Positions 6,518 through 14,862 of a stretch of DNA of 32,000 bases are shown here, in pieces. The stretch is from Micrococcus luteus NCTC 2665 (lineage in GTDB: Bacteria > Actinomycetota > Actinomycetes > Actinomycetales > Micrococcaceae). The stretch covers positions 1,980,001 to 2,012,000 of the forward strand of contig NC_012803.1 of NCBI RefSeq assembly GCF_000023205.1. The letters run 5' to 3'. The notes below the pieces were generated by a model that was given only the letters and a program-made list of their open reading frames with translations, did no database searches and was not told the DNA's origin. How positions within the stretch are numbered: position 1 is the stretch's first letter; each line of letters starts with the position of its first letter. The position numbers and the translations under genes were made by a program.

Positions 6518-8755
6518 ATGAGCACCCCGCACCACCACGATCACCCCACCGACCAGACCGCCGAACACCCAGACCCGAACCCCCACGCCGGCCACGCCAA
6601 CCACACCGACCATGCCGCCCACCACCCCGCGGACGCGGCCACCCACGGGCAGGCCATGCCCCAGGGCCACGCCCACTCGGCCCTGGACGAGGACCACCAG
6701 GTCCACGACCACGGTCAGCACGCCGGGCATTCCACCGCGATGTTCAAGAACCGGTTCTGGGTCTCACTGGTGCTCTCCATCCCGGTGGTGTTCTTCAGCC
6801 ACATGGTCGGGCAGCTGCTGGGCTACCACGTCCCCGAGTTCCCGGGCTCGGCGTGGATCGCCCCGGTGCTGGGCACCGTGATCTACCTCTATGGCGGCAT
6901 GCCCTTCCTGAAGGGCGGGCTGACCGAGTTGCGCGCCCGCCAGCCGGGGATGATGCTGCTGATCGCGATGGCCATCACGGTGGCCTTCGTCGCCTCCTGG
7001 GTCACGACCCTGGGCATCGGGGACCTGATGCTGGACTTCTGGTGGGAGCTGGCGCTGCTGGTGGTCATCATGCTGCTGGGCCACTGGATGGAGATGCGCG
7101 CCCTGGGCGCGGCCTCCTCCGCCTTGGACGCGCTGGCGGCGCTGCTGCCGGAGGAGGCCGAGAAGGTCGTGGACGGTGACACCATCACCGTGCCGATCAC
7201 CGAGTTGGCCGTGGGCGATGTGGTGCTAGTGCGGGCCGGGGCCCGGGTGCCGGCCGACGGGACCATCCTCGAGGGCGCCGCGGAGTTCGACGAGGCGATG
7301 ATCACCGGGGAGTCGAAGCCTGTGCTGCGCCAGGCCGGGGACACGGTGGTCGCTGGGACCGTGGCCACCGACAACACCGTGCGGGTGAAGGTGGCCGCCG
7401 TCGGGACCGACACGACCCTGGCCGGGATCCAGCGGATGGTCGCCGACGCCCAGGAGTCCTCCTCCCGGGCCCAGGCGTTGGCGGACCGGGCCGCGGCCCT
7501 GCTGTTCTGGTTCGCCCTGGTTGCGGCGATCATCACCGCGATCGTGTGGACCGCGATCGGCCAGCCCACCGACGCGGTCACCCGCACCGTGACCGTGCTG
7601 GTCATCGCCTGCCCGCACGCCCTGGGCCTGGCCATCCCGCTGGTGATCGCCCTCTCCACGGAGAAGGCCGCCAAGTCCGGGGTCCTGATCAAGGACCGGA
7701 TGGCCCTGGAGCGGATGCGGACCATCGACGTGGTCCTGTTCGACAAGACCGGCACCCTGACCGAGGGCGCCCACGCCGTCACCGGTGTCGCCGCGGCGCC
7801 CGGCATTTCCGAGGCCGAGCTGTTGGCCTACGCCGCCGCGGCCGAGGCTGACAGCGAGCACCCGGTGGCCCGGGCCATCGTCACCGCCGCCGGGCAGCAC
7901 CCGCAGGCCAGCACGTTGCGCAAGCGCGGCACGGACTTCAGTGCTGCCATGGGCCGCGGGGTGCGCGCCACCGTGGACGGCTCCGAGATCCTTGTCGGCG
8001 GGCCGAACATGCTGCGCGAGCTTAACCTGACCATGCCGGCGGAGATCACTGAGCACACCGCCTCCTGGACCGCGCGCGGGGCCGGGGTGTTGCATGTGGT
8101 CCGCGACGGGTCCGTTATCGGCGCGGTCGCCGTGGAGGACAAGATCCGCCCCGAGTCCCGGGCCGCCGTGGCCGCCCTGCACGCCCGCGGCATCAAGGTC
8201 GCGATGATCACCGGCGATGCCCGCCAGGTCGCCGAGGCCGTCGGGGCGGACCTGGGCATCGACGAGGTCTTCGCCGAGGTCCTCCCCCAGGACAAGGACA
8301 CCAAGGTCACCGAGTTGCAGTCCCGGGGACTGTCCGTGGCCATGGTGGGCGACGGCGTCAACGACGCCCCGGCGCTGGCGCGGGCCGAGGTCGGCATCGC
8401 CATCGGCGCCGGCACCGACGTGGCCATGGAGTCCGCCGGCGTTGTGCTGGCCAGCAACGACCCCCGCGCGGTGCTGTCGATGATCGAGCTCTCCCAGGCC
8501 AGCTACACCAAGATGATCCAGAACCTGGTGTGGGCCACCGGCTACAACGTGCTCGCCGTGCCGCTGGCCGCCGGCGTGCTCGCCCCGATCGGGTTCGTGC
8601 TCTCCCCCGCGGTGGGCGCGATCCTGATGTCCGCCTCCACCATCGTGGTCGCCCTCAACGCCCAACTGCTGCGCCGGATCAACCTGGACCCGGGCCACCT
8701 GGCCCCCCTCGGCGCCCCCCGGCCGGAGGCTGCCCTTCAACCCGCGACCTCCTGA
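6518..8755 (+). CDS. copB: Copper-exporting P1B-type ATPase, CopB-like (His-rich N-terminus, CPH motif)
   Basis: His-rich N-terminus MSTPHHHDHP...HAGHANHTDHAAHH. Motifs TGES, CPH (VIACPHALG), DKTGTLT, SEHP and GDGVNDAPAL. No N-terminal CxxC HMA domain. Confidence 0.93.
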   Translation: MSTPHHHDHPTDQTAEHPDPNPHAGHANHTDHAAHHPADAATHGQAMPQGHAHSALDEDHQVHDHGQHAGHSTAMFKNRFWVSLVLSIPVVFFSHMVGQLLGYHVPEFPGSAWIAPVLGTVIYLYGGMPFLKGGLTELRARQPGMMLLIAMAITVAFVASWVTTLGIGDLMLDFWWELALLVVIMLLGHWMEMRALGAASSALDALAALLPEEAEKVVDGDTITVPITELAVGDVVLVRAGARVPADGTILEGAAEFDEAMITGESKPVLRQAGDTVVAGTVATDNTVRVKVAAVGTDTTLAGIQRMVADAQESSSRAQALADRAAALLFWFALVAAIITAIVWTAIGQPTDAVTRTVTVLVIACPHALGLAIPLVIALSTEKAAKSGVLIKDRMALERMRTIDVVLFDKTGTLTEGAHAVTGVAAAPGISEAELLAYAAAAEADSEHPVARAIVTAAGQHPQASTLRKRGTDFSAAMGRGVRATVDGSEILVGGPNMLRELNLTMPAEITEHTASWTARGAGVLHVVRDGSVIGAVAVEDKIRPESRAAVAALHARGIKVAMITGDARQVAEAVGADLGIDEVFAEVLPQDKDTKVTELQSRGLSVAMVGDGVNDAPALARAEVGIAIGAGTDVAMESAGVVLASNDPRAVLSMIELSQASYTKMIQNLVWATGYNVLAVPLAAGVLAPIGFVLSPAVGAILMSASTIVVALNAQLLRRINLDPGHLAPLGAPRPEAALQPATS

Positions 8756-8814
8756 TCGCGCCTCTTGGCGCGAACTCTGATATGAACCCTCAACCCACTG
8801 TGGAAGGACCCACC

Positions 8815-9498
8815 ATGAAACGCACCATGACGCTGACCGCCCTGGCCCTGGCCTCCGCCCTGACCTTGACCGCCTGCGGCACCGGCGCCCAGGACGAGAA
8901 CGCCGGCGCTGAGGCCTCGGCCACTGCGACCAGCTCCGCCCCGGCCGCCACCCCTGCGGCCACGGCCACCGCGACACCGTCCACCACGGCGACCGGTTCG
9001 GCTGAGGAGGTCTCCGCCGAGCACAACGACGCGGACGTGATGTTCGCCCAAATGATGATCCCGCACCACCAGCAGGCCGTTGAGATGAGCGAGATGCTGC
9101 TGGCCAAGGATGACGTCCCGGCGGAGGTGGCCGCGTTCGCCCAGAAGGTCATCGACGCCCAGGGGCCGGAGATCGAGCGCATGAACTCCATGCTCACCGC
9201 CTGGGGCCAAGACCCCGTGGACACGGACGGCATGGACGGTATGGAGGGCATGGACCACGGCGGGATGTCCGGGATGATGTCCGAGGAGGACATGACCGCC
9301 CTCGACCAGGCCCAGGGCACCGAGGCCGCCCGGTTGTACCTGGAGCAGATGACCGCCCACCACAAGGGCGCCGTGGACATGGCCAAGGACGAGGCCAAGG
9401 ACGGCCAGAACCCGCAGGCCGTGCAGCTCGCCGAGCAGGTCATCGCCGACCAGGAGGCCGAGATCACCGAAATGCAACAGATGCTCGACAAGCTCTGA
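8815..9498 (+). CDS. DUF305-family lipoprotein
   Basis: Internal ATG 8815 with RBS GGAAGGA. Signal peptide plus lipobox LTAC. Duplicated DUF305 helices (DVMFAQMMIPHHQQAVEMSE and YLEQMTAHHKGAVDMAK). Met-rich linker DGMDGMEGMDHGGMSGMM. Confidence 0.85.
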   Translation: MKRTMTLTALALASALTLTACGTGAQDENAGAEASATATSSAPAATPAATATATPSTTATGSAEEVSAEHNDADVMFAQMMIPHHQQAVEMSEMLLAKDDVPAEVAAFAQKVIDAQGPEIERMNSMLTAWGQDPVDTDGMDGMEGMDHGGMSGMMSEEDMTALDQAQGTEAARLYLEQMTAHHKGAVDMAKDEAKDGQNPQAVQLAEQVIADQEAEITEMQQMLDKL

Positions 9499-9586
9499 GC
9501 ACCGTCGTCCGCTGCGGGCATCCGGTGAGACGCGGCTGGCGATAGACCCCGAAACCGGAACGGGTCCTCCAGGAAAGGAGACGAGC

Positions 9587-10642
9587 ATGCAGGACAAGAT
9601 CAAGGTCGCGGTGAACGGGTACGGGGTCATCGGCAAACGCGTCGCCGACGCGGTCCGGGCCCAGGAGGACATGGCGCTGGTCGGAGTCAGTGACGTCATC
9701 GCTGACTACCGGATCGCGACTGCGGCCGGGAAGGGTATCCCCGTCTACGCCTCTACCGAGCAGGCCCTACCGGTGATGGCGGATGCCGGCCTTCCCGTCG
9801 TCGGAGGCCTGCACGACCTGCTCGAGAACGTTGACGTCGTGGTGGACTGCACCCCGGCCCAGGTGGGCGCCGGCAACCTGGAGCTCTACCGTGCCCACGG
9901 GGTCAAATCCGTGTTCCAGGGCGGGGAGAAGCACGATCTCACCGGCCACTCCTTCGTCGCCCACGCCAACTACGCCAACGCCCTGGGCCGGGACAGCACC
10001 CGGGTGGTGTCCTGCAATACCACCGCCACCGTCCGGGCCCTTACCGCGCTGAAGGACGTCGGACTGCTGTCCAAGGCCCGGGGGGTGCTCATCCGCCGGG
10101 CCACCGATCCGTGGGAATCGGACCATTCCGGGATCATGAACACCATCGTCCCCGAGGGCCGAATCCCCAGCCATCAGGGGCCCGACGCCCAGTCGGTGGT
10201 CCCGGACCTGGACGTGGTCACCATGGCCGCCAAGGGAGCCCACACTCAGAACCACCTGCACTACTGGACGATCGAGCTCACCCGCCCGGCCGAGAAGCAG
10301 GAGGTGTTGGAGGCGTTCCGGGCGATGCCGCGGATTGCCTTCGTCCGGCGCTCGGACGGCGTCGTGGCGGTCAATAGCACCGTGGAACTCATGGAGGACC
10401 TGGGCCGGCCCCGGGGTGATATGTATGAGGTGGCCCTCTGGGAAGACATCCTCACCGTGGACGGCAACGAGCTGTACTACACCTACACGGTGGACAACCA
10501 GGCGATCGTCGTCCCCGAGAACATCGACGCGATCCGGGCCCTCACCGGAACCGTCGACGACGGCGGCGAGTCCATCCGGCGCACCGACCGCGCCTTGGGG
10601 GTGCGCCAGGACTTCGTGCGCTCCTCGGTGGCTGCCCGTTGA
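9587..10642 (+). CDS. Type II (archaeal-type) phosphorylating glyceraldehyde-3-phosphate dehydrogenase
   Basis: INGYGVIGKRVADA Rossmann N-terminus. VDCTP..FQGGEKH. Active-site RVVSCNTT. IPSHQGPD. VPENIDAIRA. Collinear with archaeal GAPDH (for example Methanothermus) as I recall it. RBS GGAAAGGAG. Confidence 0.88.
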   Translation: MQDKIKVAVNGYGVIGKRVADAVRAQEDMALVGVSDVIADYRIATAAGKGIPVYASTEQALPVMADAGLPVVGGLHDLLENVDVVVDCTPAQVGAGNLELYRAHGVKSVFQGGEKHDLTGHSFVAHANYANALGRDSTRVVSCNTTATVRALTALKDVGLLSKARGVLIRRATDPWESDHSGIMNTIVPEGRIPSHQGPDAQSVVPDLDVVTMAAKGAHTQNHLHYWTIELTRPAEKQEVLEAFRAMPRIAFVRRSDGVVAVNSTVELMEDLGRPRGDMYEVALWEDILTVDGNELYYTYTVDNQAIVVPENIDAIRALTGTVDDGGESIRRTDRALGVRQDFVRSSVAAR

Positions 10643-10748
10643 ACTGCGCGGCAGACGCCGCTGAGGCGGTGCCCGGCCCCAGGAATGGGGGGTGGTCGGA
10701 CACCGCTTCGGCGGCCGCGGACTACCGCAGCGGTCCTATGGCCTCCGG

Positions 10749-11633
10749 TCAGGTGCGAGAGGCCGTCGCGATCGCGTTGATGGCCTCATCCAACACCGCA
10801 TTGAACTGCGCTGGGCTCTGGGCCGTACTCAGCCCTTCGGTCAGGGCGCGGGAGAAGCTGGCGATCACGCCGTGGTTGCGGGCCAGCAGGGTGGTGGCCT
10901 GGGCCCGGGTATAGCCGCCCGACAGGGCCAGGACGCGGATCACTCGGGGATGGTCCACGAACTCGCGGTAGGAGTCCGCCCGCTCCGGCAGCGTCACTTT
11001 GAGGATGACCGACTGGTCGTCTCCGAGCTTGTCCAGTTGGGCGAGGATTGCCGCCTTGAGCTGGTCCTCCACCTCGGCCTTGCGGGGGCTGCGGATATCC
11101 ACCTCGGGCTCGATGATGGGCACCAGCCCGGTAACGAGGATCTGACGGGCGAGCCCGAACTGCTGCTCCACGACGGAGCCCACCCCGTCCCCGGGCAGCT
11201 TGATGACCGAGCGCATCTTCGTCCCGAACATGTGCTTTTCGACGGCTCGAGACAGTAAGTCATCCAGGTGCGGGATGGGTTTCATGAGCTGGGCGCCTTG
11301 CTGTTCCGGGGCCAAGCCCTGGTCGATTTTGAGGAAGGGCACGATGCCTTTGCTGTTCCACAGGTAGTCGCCCGTGGGGGAACCCTCCACCTGGCGGTTC
11401 ATTGTGTTCTCGAACAGGATGGCCCCCATGACGCGCTCACCGTCGAAGCTGGGGCTGGTGATGATACGTGTGCGCACCTGGTGTACCAGGTCGAACATCT
11501 CCTCTGGGCCGGAGTAGGCATCCTTGTCGATCCCGTAGAGGTGCAAGGCCGCCGGGGTGCTGCCCCCGCTCTGGTCCAGCGCCGCGACGAATCCGGCACC
11601 GTTCCTGACCCTCTGATACTTCTCCGAGTCCAT
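10749..11633 (-). CDS. Class I (Schiff-base, metal-independent) fructose-bisphosphate aldolase, Staphylococcus Fda-like
   Basis: Internal ATG 11633 with RBS GGAAGG. Long collinear matches to S. aureus Fda as I recall it: GFVAALDQSGGSTP, VRTRIITSPSF, ILFENTM, VPFLKIDQGL, QLMKPI, FGTKMRS, VVEQQF, GLVPIIEPEV, RVLALSGGY, IASFSRAL. Confidence 0.88.
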   Translation of the reverse strand: MDSEKYQRVRNGAGFVAALDQSGGSTPAALHLYGIDKDAYSGPEEMFDLVHQVRTRIITSPSFDGERVMGAILFENTMNRQVEGSPTGDYLWNSKGIVPFLKIDQGLAPEQQGAQLMKPIPHLDDLLSRAVEKHMFGTKMRSVIKLPGDGVGSVVEQQFGLARQILVTGLVPIIEPEVDIRSPRKAEVEDQLKAAILAQLDKLGDDQSVILKVTLPERADSYREFVDHPRVIRVLALSGGYTRAQATTLLARNHGVIASFSRALTEGLSTAQSPAQFNAVLDEAINAIATASRT

Positions 11634-11729
11634 GGGAGCCTTCCGCGGCGAGGGAGCACGGTGGTCCGGGTTCCCTGCGCGCGTCATGGACGACTGGCCG
11701 CCCTCAAGGGGGAACGGTCATCAGCAGGC

Positions 11730-12140
11730 TCAACCCAGGGTGACGAGCAGGTCCGCGCAGGCCTGCTCACACCGGCGGCAGGCCTCGGCACACACCTTGC
11801 AGTGCTCGTGCATCTGGGCGTGGCTCTCGCATTCGTCCCCGCACGTCTTGCAGGCGGCCCGGCAGGCCTCGAGCAGGGCGCGGGTGGTCTCGACGTTGTT
11901 GCCGGTCTGCCGGGACAGCATCCGGCCTGTGGCGGCGCACACATCGGCGCAGTCCAGGTTCAACCGGATGCACTGCCTCAGGTCGGCCACCATGTCCTCG
12001 GCCAGGCAGGCGTCCGCGCAGGCCGTGCAGGTCTGGGCGCACTCGAAGCAGGCCTGGATGCACTCGGCCAGCTTCTGCCGGTCGATGTTGCCCACATTCT
12101 TTGGGTAGGTGTCCAGCATGGCGCTCACGTGATGGGTCAT
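11730..12140 (-). CDS. Cys-rich four-helix-bundle copper-binding protein (DUF326, Csp3-type, no signal peptide)
   Basis: Internal ATG 12140 with RBS GAAGGAG. 136 aa with 18 Cys counted, in CxxxC/CxxC helical spacing (CIQACFECAQTCTACADAC ... CRAACKTCGDEC ... CKVCAEACRRCEQAC). Confidence 0.85.
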   Translation of the reverse strand: MTHHVSAMLDTYPKNVGNIDRQKLAECIQACFECAQTCTACADACLAEDMVADLRQCIRLNLDCADVCAATGRMLSRQTGNNVETTRALLEACRAACKTCGDECESHAQMHEHCKVCAEACRRCEQACADLLVTLG

Positions 12141-12242
12141 GATGTGCTCCTTCGTCGATCTGATCCGACGCACCGGCCTTCGCCGCCCCGCCATGCCATC
12201 GACCATAGACCGCCCCGCCGACGCGGGTGAAGGGCTCAACCT

Positions 12243-12262
12243 TGAAGGTTCCGTGAAGATCG
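12243..12262. promoter_or_regulatory. Second, degenerate CopR-like direct repeat upstream of the Csp3 gene
   Basis: TGAAGGTTC CG TGAAGATCG has the same 9+2+9 architecture as 4080-4099 (8/9 and 7/9 matches to TGAAGATTC). It lies 103-122 bp upstream of the 12140 (-) start. Confidence 0.4.
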
Positions 12263-12431
12263 CCGGCCACGGAGGCCCGCGGACTCCTTTACGGGCAGGG
12301 ATGACGCAGGTGTGACCAGCCGCCCCTCAGCCCGGCCGACGGCCCTGAGGACCACGCCGACGGGGAGGACCAGCAGGGCTCGCCTCAACGTGGATCCTGT
12401 CGGACCGGACGGTCGGTGTCGGGAAGAGCGC

Positions 12432-13382
12432 TTATGCGATCCGACCAGGGGCGTCGAGGCCGCCGGTGCAGGCCGCCCCGGGCTCAGGCGCGTCGGGGGA
12501 CTGCCAGTACTCGGCCACGAACTGCTCGATCCGTTCATCCTCCGGGGAATCCACCGCCACCTGCGCCTGCCAGGCCGAAAGCACGATGGGCGAATCCAGG
12601 CCCTCGTAGGGGGCCAGGACGACATAGGCGGCCGGTAGGGCCGTCCGCAGGGCATCGACTTGCTCCTGTGAGAGCGCCTCGGAATCGTAGGCGACCCAGG
12701 CGGCACCGTGCTCCAAAGCGTGCACGGCATTCTCGTTGGGTACCGGTTCGGTGTAGACCCCACAGTTGAGCCAGGCGCTGGCATGATCGCCACCCACCGG
12801 CGGCGACTGCTCGTAGTCCACAGGGGTGCTCACGTGGTTAGCGCTGAGCCCCTCGAAGGTCTGCAGCCCGGCGATCTCAATGTCCTCCCGAGCCTGGGGC
12901 GGAGGATTCTGAATCACGGCGAGCGTCACCAGCCCGCCGACCACGGCGATGGCGGTGAGCGCTCCCGCTCCGACCAGAACCTTCCGCCGACGTTCAGCCT
13001 TGGCTTCCGGGTCTGCCGTGACCCGGTCCAGACGGGCGAGGCGGTTGATCCGGCAGCGCACGAGCACGGCATGGACGGTGGAGGCCGGCATCCTGAGTTC
13101 TCCGGCGATCTGTGCCGGCCCCAGACGTCGGCGCCATCGGGCGGCCACGATCTGTTTCACCACCGCCTGCGGTGTTCTGGTCGGCATCGTGGACGGCCGG
13201 CTGGACCGGTCTGCCATCCCTGCAGGTCCCTCGGCCCGGAAGCGTGTGGCCCATTTGCGTGCGGTGGGTGGGGAGACCATGAACATCTTGGCCGCGGTGG
13301 CGACCGGCCAGTGCTCCTCGACGATGAGCTTGGCCAGGCGTAGGCGGGCGCGAGGGGTCAGGGCGGCGTTAGCGTGGGACAT
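12432..13382 (-). CDS. Chimeric ORF: IS481-family transposase N-terminal HTH region fused in frame to the TM and DUF3105 domain of a 5'-truncated gene
   Basis: The N-terminal ~122 aa (MSHANAALTPRARLRLAKLIVEEHWPV...MPASTVHAVLVRCRINRLARLDRVT) match IS481 transposase N-termini. After ~13016 the sequence switches to EAKAERRRK + TM (VLVGAGALTAIAVVGGLVTLAVI) + DUF3105-like domain (PPVGGDH, HALEHGAAWV). I saw no in-frame ATG or GTG between the junction and the TM. ATG 13382 has RBS AGAAGG. Confidence 0.6.
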   Translation of the reverse strand: MSHANAALTPRARLRLAKLIVEEHWPVATAAKMFMVSPPTARKWATRFRAEGPAGMADRSSRPSTMPTRTPQAVVKQIVAARWRRRLGPAQIAGELRMPASTVHAVLVRCRINRLARLDRVTADPEAKAERRRKVLVGAGALTAIAVVGGLVTLAVIQNPPPQAREDIEIAGLQTFEGLSANHVSTPVDYEQSPPVGGDHASAWLNCGVYTEPVPNENAVHALEHGAAWVAYDSEALSQEQVDALRTALPAAYVVLAPYEGLDSPIVLSAWQAQVAVDSPEDERIEQFVAEYWQSPDAPEPGAACTGGLDAPGRIA

Positions 13383-13421
13383 GAAGGCCTTCTGTTCGCG
13401 TGAGCGGTTTCTCGACAACTC
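13017..13421 (-). mobile_element. IS481-like remnant, part 1: truncated transposase 5' portion plus proximal leader. It lacks the DDE catalytic region.
   Basis: The transposase reading frame ends at the junction near 13016. The leader is interrupted at 13421/13422 by the IS256-family element. Confidence 0.5.
13415..13421. repeat. Left copy of the target-site duplication flanking the IS256-family element
   Basis: ACAACTC lies immediately outside the left terminal repeat and is identical to 14856-14862. Confidence 0.6.
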
Positions 13422-14855
13422 GGGCGTGTCAGATGGTCTGTGTAAGCCGTACCGAGAGGAACGGTAAGAATCATGACCATGACCGACGAGAAGAACCCAG
13501 GCGAGCCCTCGGGCCAGGACCTGGTCGAGCAGCTGAAAGCCTCAGGGCAGCTTGATGCCCTGTTCGCGCAGATCGACGCGGGCGGCGTCGAGCTCACCGG
13601 TGACGGCGGGTTCGTGCCCGCGCTGGTCAAGGCCGCGCTCGAGCGGGGCCTGCAGGCCGAGCTGACCAGCCATCTGGGCTACGAGAAGGGCTCGAGCGAG
13701 GCGCTGAAGCACGCCAACTCCCGCAACGGGACCACCCCGAAGACCGTGGAGTCCGAGGTCGGGCCGATCGAGCTGGACGTCCCGCGAGACCGGGGCGGGT
13801 CGTTCACCCCGCGCCTGGTGCCCAAGGGCCAGCGGCGCCTCGGGGGCCTGGATGACATGATCATCAGCCTCTATGCCGGCGGAATGACGATCCGGGACAT
13901 CCAGCACCACCTGGCCTCCACGATCGGCACGGACCTGTCGCACGAGACGATCTCCAACATCACCGACGCCGTGAGCGAAGAGGTCCTGGCGTGGCAGTCG
14001 CGGCCGCTGGAGGAGTTCTATCCGGTGATCTATCTCGACGCAATCCGGATCAAGATCCGAGAGAACAGCCAGGTCCTCAACCGTGCCGCCTACATCGCCG
14101 TCGGCGTGGACCTCGAGGGCATCAAGCACGTGCTGGGGATCTGGGTCCAGGACACCGAGGGCTCGGCGTTCTGGGCCCACGTCTGCGCCGATCTCGCCAA
14201 CCGGGGCGTGCAGGACGTGCTGATCGTGTGCTGCGACGGGCTCAAGGGCCTGCCGGAGGCGATCGAGGCGACGTGGCCGGACTCGATGGTCCAGACCTGC
14301 GTGGTTCACCTGATCCGGGCCGCGATGCGGTTCGTGGCCTACCAGGACCGCAAGAAGGTCGCCGCCGCGCTGAAGCCGATCTACACTGCCCCCAACGAAG
14401 AGACCGCGAGGAAGGCGCTGGCCGAGTTCGAGGCCTCCGAGCTCGGCACGAAGTACCCGTCTGCAGCCGCGACCTGGGCGAACTCCTGGGAGCGGTTCAT
14501 CCCGTTCCTGCAGTTCCCACCCATGCTCCGCAAGGTCATCTACACGACCAACAGCATCGAGTCGCTGAACTTCCAGCTACGGAAGGTGACCAAGAACCGC
14601 GGCCACTTCCCCTCGACCGAGGCGGCGGTGAAGCTGCTCTGGCTGGCGATCTGCAACATCGAAGACAAACGCGCCGCCGAACGCGCTCGGGACCGGGGCA
14701 AACCCGCCGGCCAGCGCAAAGCCCAGGGCCGGCTCGTCGAAGGTCAGGCCGTCACGAACTGGAAGCAGGCCCTCGCCCAGCTCGCCGCGGCCTACCCCGA
14801 CCGGATCAACCCCTACCTGTGACCACCCCGCTTACACAGACAAGTTGACACGCCC
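13422..14855 (+). mobile_element. Intact IS256-family insertion sequence (1434 bp)
   Basis: Single 449-aa mutator-type transposase gene. Terminal inverted repeats GGGCGTGTCAGATGGTCTGTGTAAGC (13422-13447) and the reverse complement of 14830-14855, GGGCGTGTCAACTTGTCTGTGTAAGC (22/26 identical). Flanked by the direct repeat ACAACTC. Confidence 0.85.
13473..14822 (+). CDS. IS256-family (mutator-type) transposase
   Basis: 449 aa. Typical IS256 features: ELTSHLGYEKG, GSFTPRLVPKGQRR, ISLYAGGMTIRDI, YLDAIRIKIRE, VCCDGLKGLPEAI, QTCVVHLIR, TTNSIESLN. Confidence 0.93.
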   Translation: MTMTDEKNPGEPSGQDLVEQLKASGQLDALFAQIDAGGVELTGDGGFVPALVKAALERGLQAELTSHLGYEKGSSEALKHANSRNGTTPKTVESEVGPIELDVPRDRGGSFTPRLVPKGQRRLGGLDDMIISLYAGGMTIRDIQHHLASTIGTDLSHETISNITDAVSEEVLAWQSRPLEEFYPVIYLDAIRIKIRENSQVLNRAAYIAVGVDLEGIKHVLGIWVQDTEGSAFWAHVCADLANRGVQDVLIVCCDGLKGLPEAIEATWPDSMVQTCVVHLIRAAMRFVAYQDRKKVAAALKPIYTAPNEETARKALAEFEASELGTKYPSAAATWANSWERFIPFLQFPPMLRKVIYTTNSIESLNFQLRKVTKNRGHFPSTEAAVKLLWLAICNIEDKRAAERARDRGKPAGQRKAQGRLVEGQAVTNWKQALAQLAAAYPDRINPYL

Positions 14856-14862
14856 ACAACTC
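14856..14862. repeat. Right copy of the target-site duplication (ACAACTC)
   Basis: Identical 7-mer directly abutting the right terminal repeat. Confidence 0.6.

Noticed and set aside
8900-9300. Met-rich segments in the DUF305 protein (DGMDGMEGMDHGGMSGMM) and the oxidase (GMDMSGDMEGMAGMAGMDHGSM, ~1790-1900) as a DNA-level repeat or recombination product.
   Set aside because: The similarity is compositional at the protein level (Met/Gly/Asp/His Cu(I)-binding tracts). I see no extended nucleotide identity between the two regions.
10643-10748. Bidirectional terminator between the convergent GAPDH and aldolase genes.
   Set aside because: Only short 4-bp stems (for example CCGC-TTCG-GCGG) are visible, which is not enough to call a terminator.
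12238-12250. Palindrome AACCTT-G-AAGGTT upstream of the Csp3 gene as an independent operator.
   Set aside because: It overlaps the first half-site of the CopR-like direct repeat (12243-12251) and is short. The direct-repeat reading explains it better.
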